Source: Verrucomicrobiota bacterium
Lineage (GTDB): Bacteria; Verrucomicrobiota; Verrucomicrobiia; Chthoniobacterales; UBA10450
DNA length: 44,747 nt
Assembly (NCBI GenBank): GCA_041167425.1
Contig: JBEEHO010000087.1
Span: forward strand, 1-44,747
Direction of reading: 5' to 3'
Below are positions 24,152 through 33,076 of the stretch, in pieces. The notes under the pieces were generated by a model that saw nothing but the letters and a program-made list of their open reading frames with translations, was not told where the DNA came from and searched no databases. The translations under genes and the position numbers were made by a program. Each line of letters opens with the position of its first letter. The stretch's first letter is position 1.

Positions 24152-25441
24152 ATGCCGCGTTACACTTACGTTGCGCTCGATGCGCGCGGCCAGGAATCCA
24201 CTGGCCTGGTCGACGCTTCTTCGACTAACGAAGCGATCGGTCAGCTCCGGCAGGCGGGTTATTTCCCCACCAACGTTTACGAAGAAGGCAAGGGCGGGGG
24301 CGCGGATGGAAAAGCGGCGCGGCGCGCGTCCAAACCTGCGCGCGCGGAACGGGTGGCGGGCAGCAAGAACATCGTCCTCTTCCAGCGCAAATCGGTTAAG
24401 CCGAAAATACTGATGATTTTCACGCGGCAGCTTGCGACGTTGATCGACGCGGGGCTTCCTCTTCTCCGCTCTCTCAACGTCCTCGCGAAACAGGAACGCG
24501 ACTCCGTGCTAAAAAACACCATCAACAAGCTGGCCGATTCAGTGCAGGGCGGCAGCACTTTCTCCGAAGGCCTCGCGCAGCACCCGCGTTTGTTCAATGA
24601 TCTCTACGTCAACATGGTGCGCGCCGGCGAGCTTGGCGGCGTGCTCGAGCTGGTCCTGACCCGGCTGGCGGAATTCCAGGAGAAAGCGCAGAAGGTCAAA
24701 AATAAAGTCGTCGCGGCGATGGTCTATCCCATCATCGTGCTCTTGCTCGCCCTGGTGATCATGACCTTTCTCATGATCTTCATCGTCCCGAAATTCGAAA
24801 CGATTTTTCACGACATGCTGGGCGACAAACCACTTCCCGTCATTACGGTTTTCGTTATTGGGGTAAGCGATTTCATGCAGAACCACTGGGCCATCCTGCT
24901 CGGATTGTTGGTCGGCGCCATCGCCGGATATAAATTTGCCGCCCGCACCAGGGCCGGTCGCGCGGTGCTCGACCGGATCAAGCTGCGCGCGCCGCTGTTC
25001 GGCGACCTCATTCGCAAAACTTCGATCTCGCGCTTTTCGCGCACGCTCGGGACGCTGGTCACAAGCGGGGTGCCGATTTTGCAGGCGCTCAATATCACGC
25101 GCGAAACCGCGGGCAATACGGTCATCGCGCGGGCGATCTCGCAAGTGCACGACAGTGTGAAGGAAGGCGAATCGATCGTGCTGCCGTTGGAAGCGAGCGG
25201 GGCGTTTCCGCCCATGGTGGTCAGCATGATCGACGTGGGCGAAGAGACGGGGCAATTGCCCGAGATGCTTTTGAAGATCGCGGAAGTTTATGACGACGAA
25301 GTCGACAACTCCGTGGCTGCGCTCACGTCTTTACTCGAGCCGATCATGATTGTTTTGCTGGCGCTGATCGTCGGCACGATTGTCATCGCGCTTTTCATGC
25401 CGCTCATCGGCATCATCAGCGGGTTGCAGCAGCAGACGTGA
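24152..25441 (+). CDS. gspF: type II secretion system F / PilC platform protein
   Basis: Two T2SSF repeats and three TM segments. ATG 24152 (MPRYTYVALDARGQ…) is preferred, because the track start at 24098 lies inside repeat D. Confidence 0.9.
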   Translation: MPRYTYVALDARGQESTGLVDASSTNEAIGQLRQAGYFPTNVYEEGKGGGADGKAARRASKPARAERVAGSKNIVLFQRKSVKPKILMIFTRQLATLIDAGLPLLRSLNVLAKQERDSVLKNTINKLADSVQGGSTFSEGLAQHPRLFNDLYVNMVRAGELGGVLELVLTRLAEFQEKAQKVKNKVVAAMVYPIIVLLLALVIMTFLMIFIVPKFETIFHDMLGDKPLPVITVFVIGVSDFMQNHWAILLGLLVGAIAGYKFAARTRAGRAVLDRIKLRAPLFGDLIRKTSISRFSRTLGTLVTSGVPILQALNITRETAGNTVIARAISQVHDSVKEGESIVLPLEASGAFPPMVVSMIDVGEETGQLPEMLLKIAEVYDDEVDNSVAALTSLLEPIMIVLLALIVGTIVIALFMPLIGIISGLQQQT

Positions 25442-26151
25442 CCGTGAGACGCGTGTCCGCTGAAATCCGGGGAGCGCACGCGCCGCGCGCGCGGGCGAGG
25501 CGCCCCGCCGAGCGAACTTTTTCCGCAATCGCGCACCGTTCGGCGCAGGACGGTTTCGGCGAGGCGCCGAAACCAGCACGCGAGGCGCGTGCGCTCCCCG
25601 GACCGGCACGCCACGCGTTCACGATTATCGAATTGCTCATCGTCATCGCGATCATCCTCGTGCTCGCGGGACTGATCCTGGCCACGTCCGGCTACGTTCA
25701 GACGAAAGGCAAACGCTCGCGCGCGGAAGCGGAGATCGCCGCGATCTCCGCCGCGCTGGAGAATTACAAGGCGGATAATGGAGTGTATCCGAGCGGCATG
25801 GAAAGCAACGCGTTAAAGCCAAACACGATGGGTGATCCGACCCAATCGGCTTATAAAGATGCAAGTCTTTCGCTCTACAGAACCATCAGCGGAGATGCCG
25901 ACAACGACGCAAATCGCCTCGCCGAAGGAAAGTCCTATTTTAATTTCAAACCCAATCAACTCTATCCCACCGCACAGAATCAATCCGTAACCTTCATCAG
26001 AGATCCATTTGGAAATTCGTACGGCTATTCAACCGTTAAAGCGTCTGCGCCCGGCGGATCCGATGGCTACAATCCAACCTTTGATTTGTGGAGTACCGTC
26101 GGGACCATTACTAATCCGCCAAACCAATCGCAGTGGATCAAGAATTGGTGA
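25438..26151 (+). CDS. prepilin-type (GspG/pseudopilin-like) protein with an unusually long leader
   Basis: N-terminal methylation/cleavage motif AFTIIELLIVIAIILVLAGL at about 25615. The only in-frame start codons are GTGs at 25438, 25444 and 25453, all upstream of repeat A3. Confidence 0.7.
   Translation: MTVRRVSAEIRGAHAPRARARRPAERTFSAIAHRSAQDGFGEAPKPAREARALPGPARHAFTIIELLIVIAIILVLAGLILATSGYVQTKGKRSRAEAEIAAISAALENYKADNGVYPSGMESNALKPNTMGDPTQSAYKDASLSLYRTISGDADNDANRLAEGKSYFNFKPNQLYPTAQNQSVTFIRDPFGNSYGYSTVKASAPGGSDGYNPTFDLWSTVGTITNPPNQSQWIKNW
25467..25601. repeat. family A palindromic element, copy 3 (inside the pseudopilin leader ORF)
   Basis: CCGGGGAGCGCACGCGCC … GCACGCGAGGCGCGTGCGCTCCCCGG. 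It is 135 bp (45 codons) with no stop in the pseudopilin frame. Confidence 0.8.
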
Positions 26152-26173
26152 CTCACGTCGCGTCAGTCTTTTT
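26150..26173 (+). terminator. short terminator-like hairpin after the pseudopilin gene
   Basis: GACTCACG tcg CGTCAGTC (7/8 pairs) followed by TTTTT at 26169-26173. It overlaps the stop codon. Confidence 0.35.
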
Positions 26174-26308
26174 GTCATGTCCACTGCGCTCGGAATGACA
26201 GAGGACTTCTGTAGCGGCAGTCTCTGACCGCCGAATCGATTCTCCGGAGCACGGTCGTCGTCAATCGAGCGCCGCGCCGGCCTCACGACTCGCTCGCTTG
26301 CGAGCGTC

Positions 26309-27370
26309 TTACCGCGCGTCGGTGTGCACGACGATCACGACGCGACGATTCGGGCGCTGGCGCTCGATCTCCATCTGCTCTTCCGGCGTGTTGCCCGGCA
26401 CGGAACGCGGAGTGATGAGAAACTTGGTCGCGCCATATCCATGCGTGTTGACTTGCGCGGGATTGATCCCCATCACATCAACCAGATATTGCTTCACACT
26501 GTCGGCGCGGCGTTGACTCAGCTCCAGGTTGTAGTCGGGCGCACCAAGCGAGTCGGTATAGCCCTCGACCGAGAAAGTTGCTTTCGGATTTCGTTTGATC
26601 AGGGTGCCAAGCTTCTGCAACTGGCTGATCGCGCTCCCCTGCAAATCCGCGCTGTCGTAACTGAAAAGCTGATCGTCCGGCATGCGCAATTTCGTGCCCG
26701 AACCGAGCGGACCCTTTTGCGAAAGCAACGAATCCAAATCGCTGAAGCCGGGCGAACGGCTGCGGTTCGGTCCCGCGCTATCGCCGGGAAGTTTCGTGAA
26801 CGTGTTCGGCTTCTTGATCGTCGTGCTCGTAGCCAGCTCGGTCCCGGTCAAGGCCGGCTGCGGCCGCCCTGAAGTCGCTGAATCGGTCAGGAGATTTTGT
26901 TCGCGCGTCGCGTTCGGACTCTTGGAAAGTGTCTGCGCTGTGGTCGCCTCGATTTCCGTCATGACGGAATTGGCGTTTTGATCCACCTGCGGTTTATCGG
27001 GCAGAACATCACGCGTATCGTCCGGGAGCGCCGTGCTGGCGTGGACGTCCTGCAAGAGCTGGTCGAACGATTTCTTCTCGTCGGGAAGCTGCACATCGGT
27101 CTTGTCAGCCTCGGGCTTAGCCGCGGCATTCGTCTGGTCCATGCTCGGTTTGTCGAGCGGTTGCATGTCCACGCTTTTAACCTTGAAGGTGGGAGTCTGG
27201 GCGCGTTCCTCCACTCGAGCGGGAACAGACATAAAACTCGTCCGGTAAAAATATCCGCAAAGCGCCCCGTGCAGCGCCAACGAAATCATAAGGCCGACCA
27301 ACAGCCAATTGCGCTGTTTGCTGCCTTCCAGCAGAGCCTGGTCGAATTCAGCAAAGTCAGATGTTCTCAT
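26309..27370 (-). CDS. OmpA/MotB-family peptidoglycan-binding protein with N-terminal TM anchor
   Basis: TM segment WLLVGLMISLALHGALCGYFY, a low-complexity linker and a C-terminal OmpA domain (FSVEGYTDSLGAPDYNLELSQRRADSV…NRRVVIVV). Confidence 0.85.
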   Translation of the reverse strand: MRTSDFAEFDQALLEGSKQRNWLLVGLMISLALHGALCGYFYRTSFMSVPARVEERAQTPTFKVKSVDMQPLDKPSMDQTNAAAKPEADKTDVQLPDEKKSFDQLLQDVHASTALPDDTRDVLPDKPQVDQNANSVMTEIEATTAQTLSKSPNATREQNLLTDSATSGRPQPALTGTELATSTTIKKPNTFTKLPGDSAGPNRSRSPGFSDLDSLLSQKGPLGSGTKLRMPDDQLFSYDSADLQGSAISQLQKLGTLIKRNPKATFSVEGYTDSLGAPDYNLELSQRRADSVKQYLVDVMGINPAQVNTHGYGATKFLITPRSVPGNTPEEQMEIERQRPNRRVVIVVHTDAR

Positions 27371-27531
27371 TTACCTCGAGAAACAGACCGGCAGTCCGCC
27401 CCCCTTGTCAAACGAACAGCCGTACCCGGAATTGCGCGGCCTGAGGGCAGGCTGCCTCGAATGCAAACTTCGTCGCACCAAGACGCCTACTGGAGACGGC
27501 CTGCGCCCGGGTCGTGACGCCGACCCGTTCG

Positions 27532-28305
27532 TCAGGCTTCTCCCGACTTCGTCCGCCCAATAAAAACTTGCACGGCTTTTCGGATTTCGTCCGCCACCCG
27601 CGCCTCGGGCGAAACAAACTTTGGCGTAAACCACGGAAACAAACCGATCAGATCATGCGTGACCAGGATCTGTCCGTCGCAGTGTTCGCCCGAGCCAATT
27701 CCGATCGTAGGAATGCTCAGCGCGTTCGTAATTTGACGCGCGGCCTCTGGATTCACGATTTCCAGCACGACGGCGAATACCCCCGCTTTTTCCACCGCCT
27801 CTCCGTCGCGCACCAGCGCTTCGGCTTCCGCCTGAGTGCGGCCCTTTACTTTGTAGCCCCCTTCCTCGCGGACACTCTGCGGCAGCATTCCGATGTGTCC
27901 CATCACCGCGATGCCTTCGGCCACGATCGCTTCAATTTGGGGGACGTGACTGACGCCGCCCTCCAGTTTCACCGCATGGGCCCCGGCCTCGACCAGCGCC
28001 CGCGCCGTCGCCGCGGCTTGCGCAGGATCATCATAAGTATGGATCGGAAGATCGGCGACCAACAACGCGCGTTTGACCGCGCGCGCCGCGGCCCGCGTGT
28101 GATGGACCATTTCCGCGAGGGTGACGTGCGTGGTGTCTTCGTAGCCGAGCACCACCATGCCTAACGAATCGCCCACCAGGATGAGGTCGATCCCGCTTTC
28201 ATCGAGCAAACGCGCGGTCGGATAATCGTAGGCGGTCAACGCCGTGATTCGCTCGCCCCGCAATTTCTTGTCGCGAAATTCCTGCATCGGCCTCGACCTT
28301 ACCAC
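27532..28305 (-). CDS. panB: 3-methyl-2-oxobutanoate hydroxymethyltransferase
   Basis: LTAYDYPTARLLDESGIDLILVGDSLGMVVLG and downstream PanB motifs. An alternative start is at 28287. Confidence 0.9.
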   Translation of the reverse strand: MVRSRPMQEFRDKKLRGERITALTAYDYPTARLLDESGIDLILVGDSLGMVVLGYEDTTHVTLAEMVHHTRAAARAVKRALLVADLPIHTYDDPAQAAATARALVEAGAHAVKLEGGVSHVPQIEAIVAEGIAVMGHIGMLPQSVREEGGYKVKGRTQAEAEALVRDGEAVEKAGVFAVVLEIVNPEAARQITNALSIPTIGIGSGEHCDGQILVTHDLIGLFPWFTPKFVSPEARVADEIRKAVQVFIGRTKSGEA

Positions 28306-28799
28306 TCCGCTGTGACCCGCACCACTGCTCCCGTATTTGCGAGCCGGAGAAGCAACGCGCCGATGGGCTCGTTTTGTTTTGGAAGAACCAGATCCGGCCT
28401 GATGTCCGCGAGCGGCCGGAGCACGAATTCGCGTTCCTCCATGCGCGGATGCGGCAGCTGCAAGCCAGCCGTTTCGATTTCCAGGTCGCCAAAATAAAGC
28501 AAATCGAGGTCGACGGTGCGGGAAACATTCCGCGCGTGCGACGCGGGCCGGCCGAGCAATTTTTCGATTGCCGTCAGCTCGCGCAATAATTCCGGCGCCT
28601 CGCCCGCATATTCGAATTCGAGGGCGGCGTTTAGGAATTTCGGCGCGCCCGCCTCGCAGCCCACCGGCTCCGTTTCATAAACGGCGGACGAGCGCATGGG
28701 AGGAAGAACGCCGGTGAGAGCCGCGATACCTTTCCGCGCGCTGCGCAAGTTCGCCAGCCTTTCTCCGAGATTGGAACCAAGCGCCACGCCGACTTTCAT
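28299..28799 (-). CDS. folK: 2-amino-4-hydroxy-6-hydroxymethyldihydropteridine diphosphokinase
   Basis: HPPK pattern (…YETEPVG…, …RTVDLDLLYFGD…LQLPHPRM…R.FVL.PL). Confidence 0.9.
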   Translation of the reverse strand: MKVGVALGSNLGERLANLRSARKGIAALTGVLPPMRSSAVYETEPVGCEAGAPKFLNAALEFEYAGEAPELLRELTAIEKLLGRPASHARNVSRTVDLDLLYFGDLEIETAGLQLPHPRMEEREFVLRPLADIRPDLVLPKQNEPIGALLLRLANTGAVVRVTAEW

Positions 28800-28838
28800 C
28801 GCGTTACTGATCCGCTGTGGCGGCCGACCCGCCCGCCA

Positions 28839-29573
28839 CTACAAACCGAGAACGTCCTCCATACTATAAAGACCCGGGGGACGCCCGACCACCCAGCGCG
28901 CGGCGCGCAATGCGCCCGCGGCAAATGTTTCCCGGCTGGAGGCCTTGTGCATGAGCTCCAGCCGTTCGCCCCGGCCGGCGAACGTCACCGTATGATCGCC
29001 GACCACATCGCCCCCCCGAATTGAGTGAACGCCGATCTCCGCCGCCGGACGCTTCCCGATCAAGCCCTCGCGACCGTGCGAGACATTCTGCGCGTAATCG
29101 AGCTTCCGCACTTCGCACAGGATCTCGGCCAGCTTCTTCGCGGTGCCGCTGGGCGCATCCTTTTTCAGGCGATGATGCGCCTCCATGATTTCCAAATCGA
29201 AATCCGGGCCAAGCATTTCCACCGCTTTTCGCGTCAGCCAGAAGAGCGCATTTACGCCGACGCTGAAATTCGGCGAGAAAACAACCGGCAGCGATTTGGA
29301 TGCTTTTTCGAGCGCCGCGCGCTGCTCATCGGAATGACCAGTCGTGCCAACAACCAATGGCTTACCCGCGGCGAGACAAACGGGGCAGATTTCATCGCTG
29401 GCACTGGGATGACTGAAATCGATCACCACCTCGCAAGCATCGATTTCCTTCGTCAGGTCATCGCCTTGATCGAGACCGGCCACAATCACGGCGCCGGCTG
29501 CCTCGGCCGCGGCGGCGATCGCCTGCCCCATCCGGCCCTTCGCTCCAACCAGGAGAACTCGCACCGGCTTCAT
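28839..29573 (-). CDS. dapB: 4-hydroxy-tetrahydrodipicolinate reductase
   Basis: N-terminal GAKGRMG dinucleotide fold and EAHHRLKKDAPSGTA motif. Adjacent to dapA. Confidence 0.9.
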   Translation of the reverse strand: MKPVRVLLVGAKGRMGQAIAAAAEAAGAVIVAGLDQGDDLTKEIDACEVVIDFSHPSASDEICPVCLAAGKPLVVGTTGHSDEQRAALEKASKSLPVVFSPNFSVGVNALFWLTRKAVEMLGPDFDLEIMEAHHRLKKDAPSGTAKKLAEILCEVRKLDYAQNVSHGREGLIGKRPAAEIGVHSIRGGDVVGDHTVTFAGRGERLELMHKASSRETFAAGALRAARWVVGRPPGLYSMEDVLGL

Positions 29574-29575
29574 TT

Positions 29576-30454
29576 TTATCCGGTCCCTTCAAACGCATCG
29601 AGAGTCGTGCGCAAACGCGCGGCATTCGCCTCCGTCATTTCGCAAAGAGGCAGCCGGCATTCCGCTGACATCGCCCCACGCCAGGCCAGCGCGGTTTTCG
29701 TCGGCACGGGATTCGGCTCGATAAACAAATCCTTAAAGATCGGCAGCATCTTCTGATGTATCTCTCGCGCGCTTTTCACGTCACCCGAGCGGAAGGCCTG
29801 CACCAGCGCGCAAACTTCCGCCGGAAAAATATTCGAGGCGACGCTGACCACGCCCACCGCGCCGACCGCGAGGAACGGAAGCGTCAGGGAATCGTCGCCG
29901 CTCAAGATCGTAAACGCGTCGGGCAATCGGGCGCGCAGGTCGCTGACCCGATCGACACTGCCGCTCGCTTCCTTGATCGAGACAATGTTTCGGCAGCCGA
30001 CCGCGAGCCGCTCCACTGTTTCCGGTCCAATATCCACCGCACAACGCCCGGGAATATTATAGAGCATCAGGGGCGACGAGGTCGCCTGCGCGATCGCCCG
30101 GAAGTGACGGAACAAACCTTCCTGGCTCGGTTTGTTGTAATAAGGCGCCACCACCAGCATGCCATCGACCCCCATTTTTTCCGCCGCCTCCGTGGCCGCG
30201 ACCGCGGCCGCCGTGGAATTCGATCCGGTCCCTGCCAGCACCTGGCAGCGGCCCTTCGCGATCTCAACGGTCGTGCGAATCACCTCCTCTTTCTCTTCGT
30301 GCGAAAGGGTCGGCGATTCCCCGGTGGTCCCGACCGCGACAAGACCCGTTATTCCGGCGGCGATTTGCTCCTCGATTAATTTCTCGAGCGCCGGCAGATC
30401 AAGTGCGCCGTCCCGAAAGGGCGTGACCAGCGCAGTGTAAGTCCCTCGAAACAT
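29576..30454 (-). CDS. dapA: 4-hydroxy-tetrahydrodipicolinate synthase
   Basis: DHDPS pattern (GTTGESPTLSHEE…, …YNIPGR…, IVSIKEASG). Confidence 0.9.
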   Translation of the reverse strand: MFRGTYTALVTPFRDGALDLPALEKLIEEQIAAGITGLVAVGTTGESPTLSHEEKEEVIRTTVEIAKGRCQVLAGTGSNSTAAAVAATEAAEKMGVDGMLVVAPYYNKPSQEGLFRHFRAIAQATSSPLMLYNIPGRCAVDIGPETVERLAVGCRNIVSIKEASGSVDRVSDLRARLPDAFTILSGDDSLTLPFLAVGAVGVVSVASNIFPAEVCALVQAFRSGDVKSAREIHQKMLPIFKDLFIEPNPVPTKTALAWRGAMSAECRLPLCEMTEANAARLRTTLDAFEGTG

Positions 30455-30495
30455 TCGTTAGGCCAGGGGTAGATCGAGCGCTCCGTCGGTGCCGT

Positions 30496-31299
30496 TCAAA
30501 CCTCGATCGTCCCTTCGAAAACAAATTCAGCCGGCCCGGTCAGCGTGACATTGTGGAATTGATCGTCCGCTTTCTCGAAGCCCACTTTCAATTCGTTTCC
30601 GCCGCGCACGAGCACTCGAATCGGACCATCGATTTTCTCCGTCGCCGCAAAAACGAGTGCGCTTGCCACGACGCCGGTTCCGCAAGCCAGGGTTTCGTTC
30701 TCGACTCCGCGCTCATAGGTGCGGATGGAAACTTGCCGGTCGCCTCTCCGTTTCAAAAAATTCACGTTAGCGCCCTTGGGAGCGAAAAGCTCGTGATGCC
30801 GCACGGCCGATCCGATCCCGCGCACATCCACGTTTTCCAGGTCTTCCACCGGAACGACCACGTGCGGCACGCCGCTGTTCACGAAATGTCCGTCAAGCGT
30901 GCAATCGCCCAGCGGAATCTTGATTCCCAGTCGCAGGTCTTTCGGTTCGCTCATGTGCAGGCAGACCAGTTCGCCCTGGAGGTCCGCCCCGATCACACCC
31001 GCCGGCGTCTCAAACGAAAGTTTTTCGACCGGACCCGCCACATGACTCGCATAACGCGCGAAACATCTCGCGCCATTGCCGCACATCTCCGCTTCGCCGC
31101 CGTCCGCATTATAATAACGCATGCGAAAGTTCGCGCCGTTCGCCGGGCGCTCGAGCACCAGCACGCCGTCGGCGCCGATTCCGCGATGGCGATCGCAAAG
31201 CTTCGAGATTTGTTCGGCCGCCAATTGCAAATCGCCCGCCCGATTATCGATCATGACGAAATCGTTCCCCGCGCCATTCATCTTCGTGAAACGCAGCAT
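30496..31299 (-). CDS. dapF: diaminopimelate epimerase
   Basis: MLRFTKMNGAGNDFVMID N-terminus plus the catalytic Cys motifs (MCGNGARC, ACGTG). The ATG at 31317 is an alternative start. Confidence 0.9.
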   Translation of the reverse strand: MLRFTKMNGAGNDFVMIDNRAGDLQLAAEQISKLCDRHRGIGADGVLVLERPANGANFRMRYYNADGGEAEMCGNGARCFARYASHVAGPVEKLSFETPAGVIGADLQGELVCLHMSEPKDLRLGIKIPLGDCTLDGHFVNSGVPHVVVPVEDLENVDVRGIGSAVRHHELFAPKGANVNFLKRRGDRQVSIRTYERGVENETLACGTGVVASALVFAATEKIDGPIRVLVRGGNELKVGFEKADDQFHNVTLTGPAEFVFEGTIEV

Positions 31300-31334
31300 G
31301 CGCAATTCATACCGCATTCTCCTCGCAAAGCCAA

Positions 31335-32183
31335 ATGAACGCCGTGGGTCGCGCGTCTGTCAGACAGAGTTGCCGCAGGCCGATTCGAGTTCTATCTGTG
31401 TCGCGTATTTTGAAAAATAATCTCGCGCAAATTATCGTCGGCCTCGCGCTCTTCTTCGGCGCCCGCGAGCTCTCCTTCGCCCAGATCGCTCCCGGCAGAT
31501 TTAACGATGTGATCCTTGAGCAAATCCGGCAGATGCCGCAGGGCGGGCGCTACTCGGCCTCACGCGTCGCGACCATCCGGCTGCAATCCGCCGCGCATTT
31601 CGAGTCGGGAAAATTCTTTGTCCTGCCCGACGCAGCGTCGCCGAGTTACTGCTCCGGTGCGACCTACCTCGTTTTCATGAAAACGATCGAGGCCCTCCGG
31701 GCGCGCGGTTCGCTCCAGCTCGATTACGCCACGCTCGAAAGCCTGATGATTCATGGTCAGCGAGATGGCGAAGGCATCTGGGGCCGATGGAATGCCAATG
31801 GGCCGGGCACCGCGCGGCTTTTCCACGAGATGGATCTCGGGCAAAACTTCGACGATTTCAATGCGGCGCAGCCGGGCGATTTCATGAAAATTTTCTGGTC
31901 GCCCGAAGTGGGCCGGGCCGAGCATGGCCACTCCGTGATTTACCTGGGCATGGAAAAGAAACTTGGCCTCGATTACGTCCGTTTCTGGTCGAGCAATATC
32001 CCCACGGGCTATGGGGAGAAGAGCGTGCCGCGCACGAAAATCGTGCACGCGATTTTTTCGCGACTCGATTCGCCGGGAAATTTATCGCGCGCGCAGAGCG
32101 CACCGGCCGTGGACAAGTACCTCGCGAGTTTGTTGAGCGGTCGCTCGAGCTACGAAGAAGCCAGGGCGAAATGCGGGATGTAA
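31335..32183 (+). CDS. hypothetical secreted protein with a papain-like Cys…His pattern
   Basis: Hydrophobic signal-like segment (LAQIIVGLALFFGARELSFAQ), then SYCSGATYLVF and EHGHSVIYLG. The start is uncertain (ATG 31335, GTG 31398 or TTG 31410). No family recognised. Confidence 0.45.
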   Translation: MNAVGRASVRQSCRRPIRVLSVSRILKNNLAQIIVGLALFFGARELSFAQIAPGRFNDVILEQIRQMPQGGRYSASRVATIRLQSAAHFESGKFFVLPDAASPSYCSGATYLVFMKTIEALRARGSLQLDYATLESLMIHGQRDGEGIWGRWNANGPGTARLFHEMDLGQNFDDFNAAQPGDFMKIFWSPEVGRAEHGHSVIYLGMEKKLGLDYVRFWSSNIPTGYGEKSVPRTKIVHAIFSRLDSPGNLSRAQSAPAVDKYLASLLSGRSSYEEARAKCGM

Positions 32184-32218
32184 CGGCCTGCCAAAATTCG
32201 GCAAGGCAACGCCTTGCC

Positions 32219-33010
32219 CTACAAATTTTTGGTGGCGGCAACGAGAGGTTCGACAAATTGACGGATCTTTTCGGCCAGATCCGGCGCGGCGCCGGCTTCG
32301 TCGATCTTTTGCACGATGGCACTTCCGACCACGATGGCGTCGGCGAATACCGCGACTTCGTGCGCTTGTTCTGCATTCGAAATTCCGAAGCCAACGGCGA
32401 TCGGCAATTTCGTATGGCGGCGGATTTCCCCGACGCGGTCGCCGAGTGAGGAGGCGACGCTGGTTTGCGCGCCGGTGACGCCTTCGCGCGAGACATAATA
32501 AATGAAGCCGGCGGCGCGAGCGCAGATTTGCCTGATGCGATTCGGCGGCGTGGTGGGGGCAATCAACCGAATGTGCAAGAGTGATTCGCTTTCCACCCCA
32601 AGATCCTCCTCGGGTGGCAGATCGAGAATCAAGAGTCCATCAACCCCAGCGTCACTCGCTTCGCGGTGAAAGCGTTCGAAGCCGAATTGAAAAATCGGAT
32701 TCAAATAGGTGTAGAGCGCGATCGGGATTTGCGAGTGGCGGCGGATTTGCCGGATACAATCGAGGACGCCTTGAACCGTGGCGCCCGCTGCCAGCGCTCG
32801 TTGAGCGGCGAGTTGATTCACCAGACCGTCGGCCAATGGATCGGAAAACGCGATGCCGAGCTCGAGGATGTCGCTGCCGGCTTTTTCGAGAGCGAGAGCG
32901 AGATCGACGGTCGCCGCGAGACTGGGATCGCCGGCGCAGATGTAGGCGATGAACGCCTTTTGGTTTCGGGAGCGCAGAGCTTTGAAACATTGGTCGATTC
33001 GATTTTGCAT
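32219..33010 (-). CDS. trpA: tryptophan synthase alpha subunit
   Basis: MQNRIDQCFKALRSRNQKAFIAYI… and …LELGIAFSDPLADG… motifs. I use the ATG at 33010, because the track start at 33070 reads through the heptamer repeat. Confidence 0.9.
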   Translation of the reverse strand: MQNRIDQCFKALRSRNQKAFIAYICAGDPSLAATVDLALALEKAGSDILELGIAFSDPLADGLVNQLAAQRALAAGATVQGVLDCIRQIRRHSQIPIALYTYLNPIFQFGFERFHREASDAGVDGLLILDLPPEEDLGVESESLLHIRLIAPTTPPNRIRQICARAAGFIYYVSREGVTGAQTSVASSLGDRVGEIRRHTKLPIAVGFGISNAEQAHEVAVFADAIVVGSAIVQKIDEAGAAPDLAEKIRQFVEPLVAATKNL

Positions 33011-33040
33011 TCGCGGTAAGGTCAGTCCGGCCGGGCAAGA

Positions 33041-33075
33041 AACGTCCAACGTCCAACGTCCAACGTCCAACGTTC
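33041..33075. repeat. tandem heptamer repeat (AACGTCC x4 plus AACGTTC)
   Basis: Five contiguous 7-bp units between the divergent trpA (ATG 33010) and queE (ATG 33077) starts. Confidence 0.85.
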
Positions 33076-33076
33076 A

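Noticed and set aside
13299-25601. Whether the recurring palindromes could be a CRISPR array
   Set aside because: The copies are kilobases apart, with no regular repeat-spacer periodicity. Each unit is itself a long inverted repeat with a variable centre, and no cas genes are present in the window.
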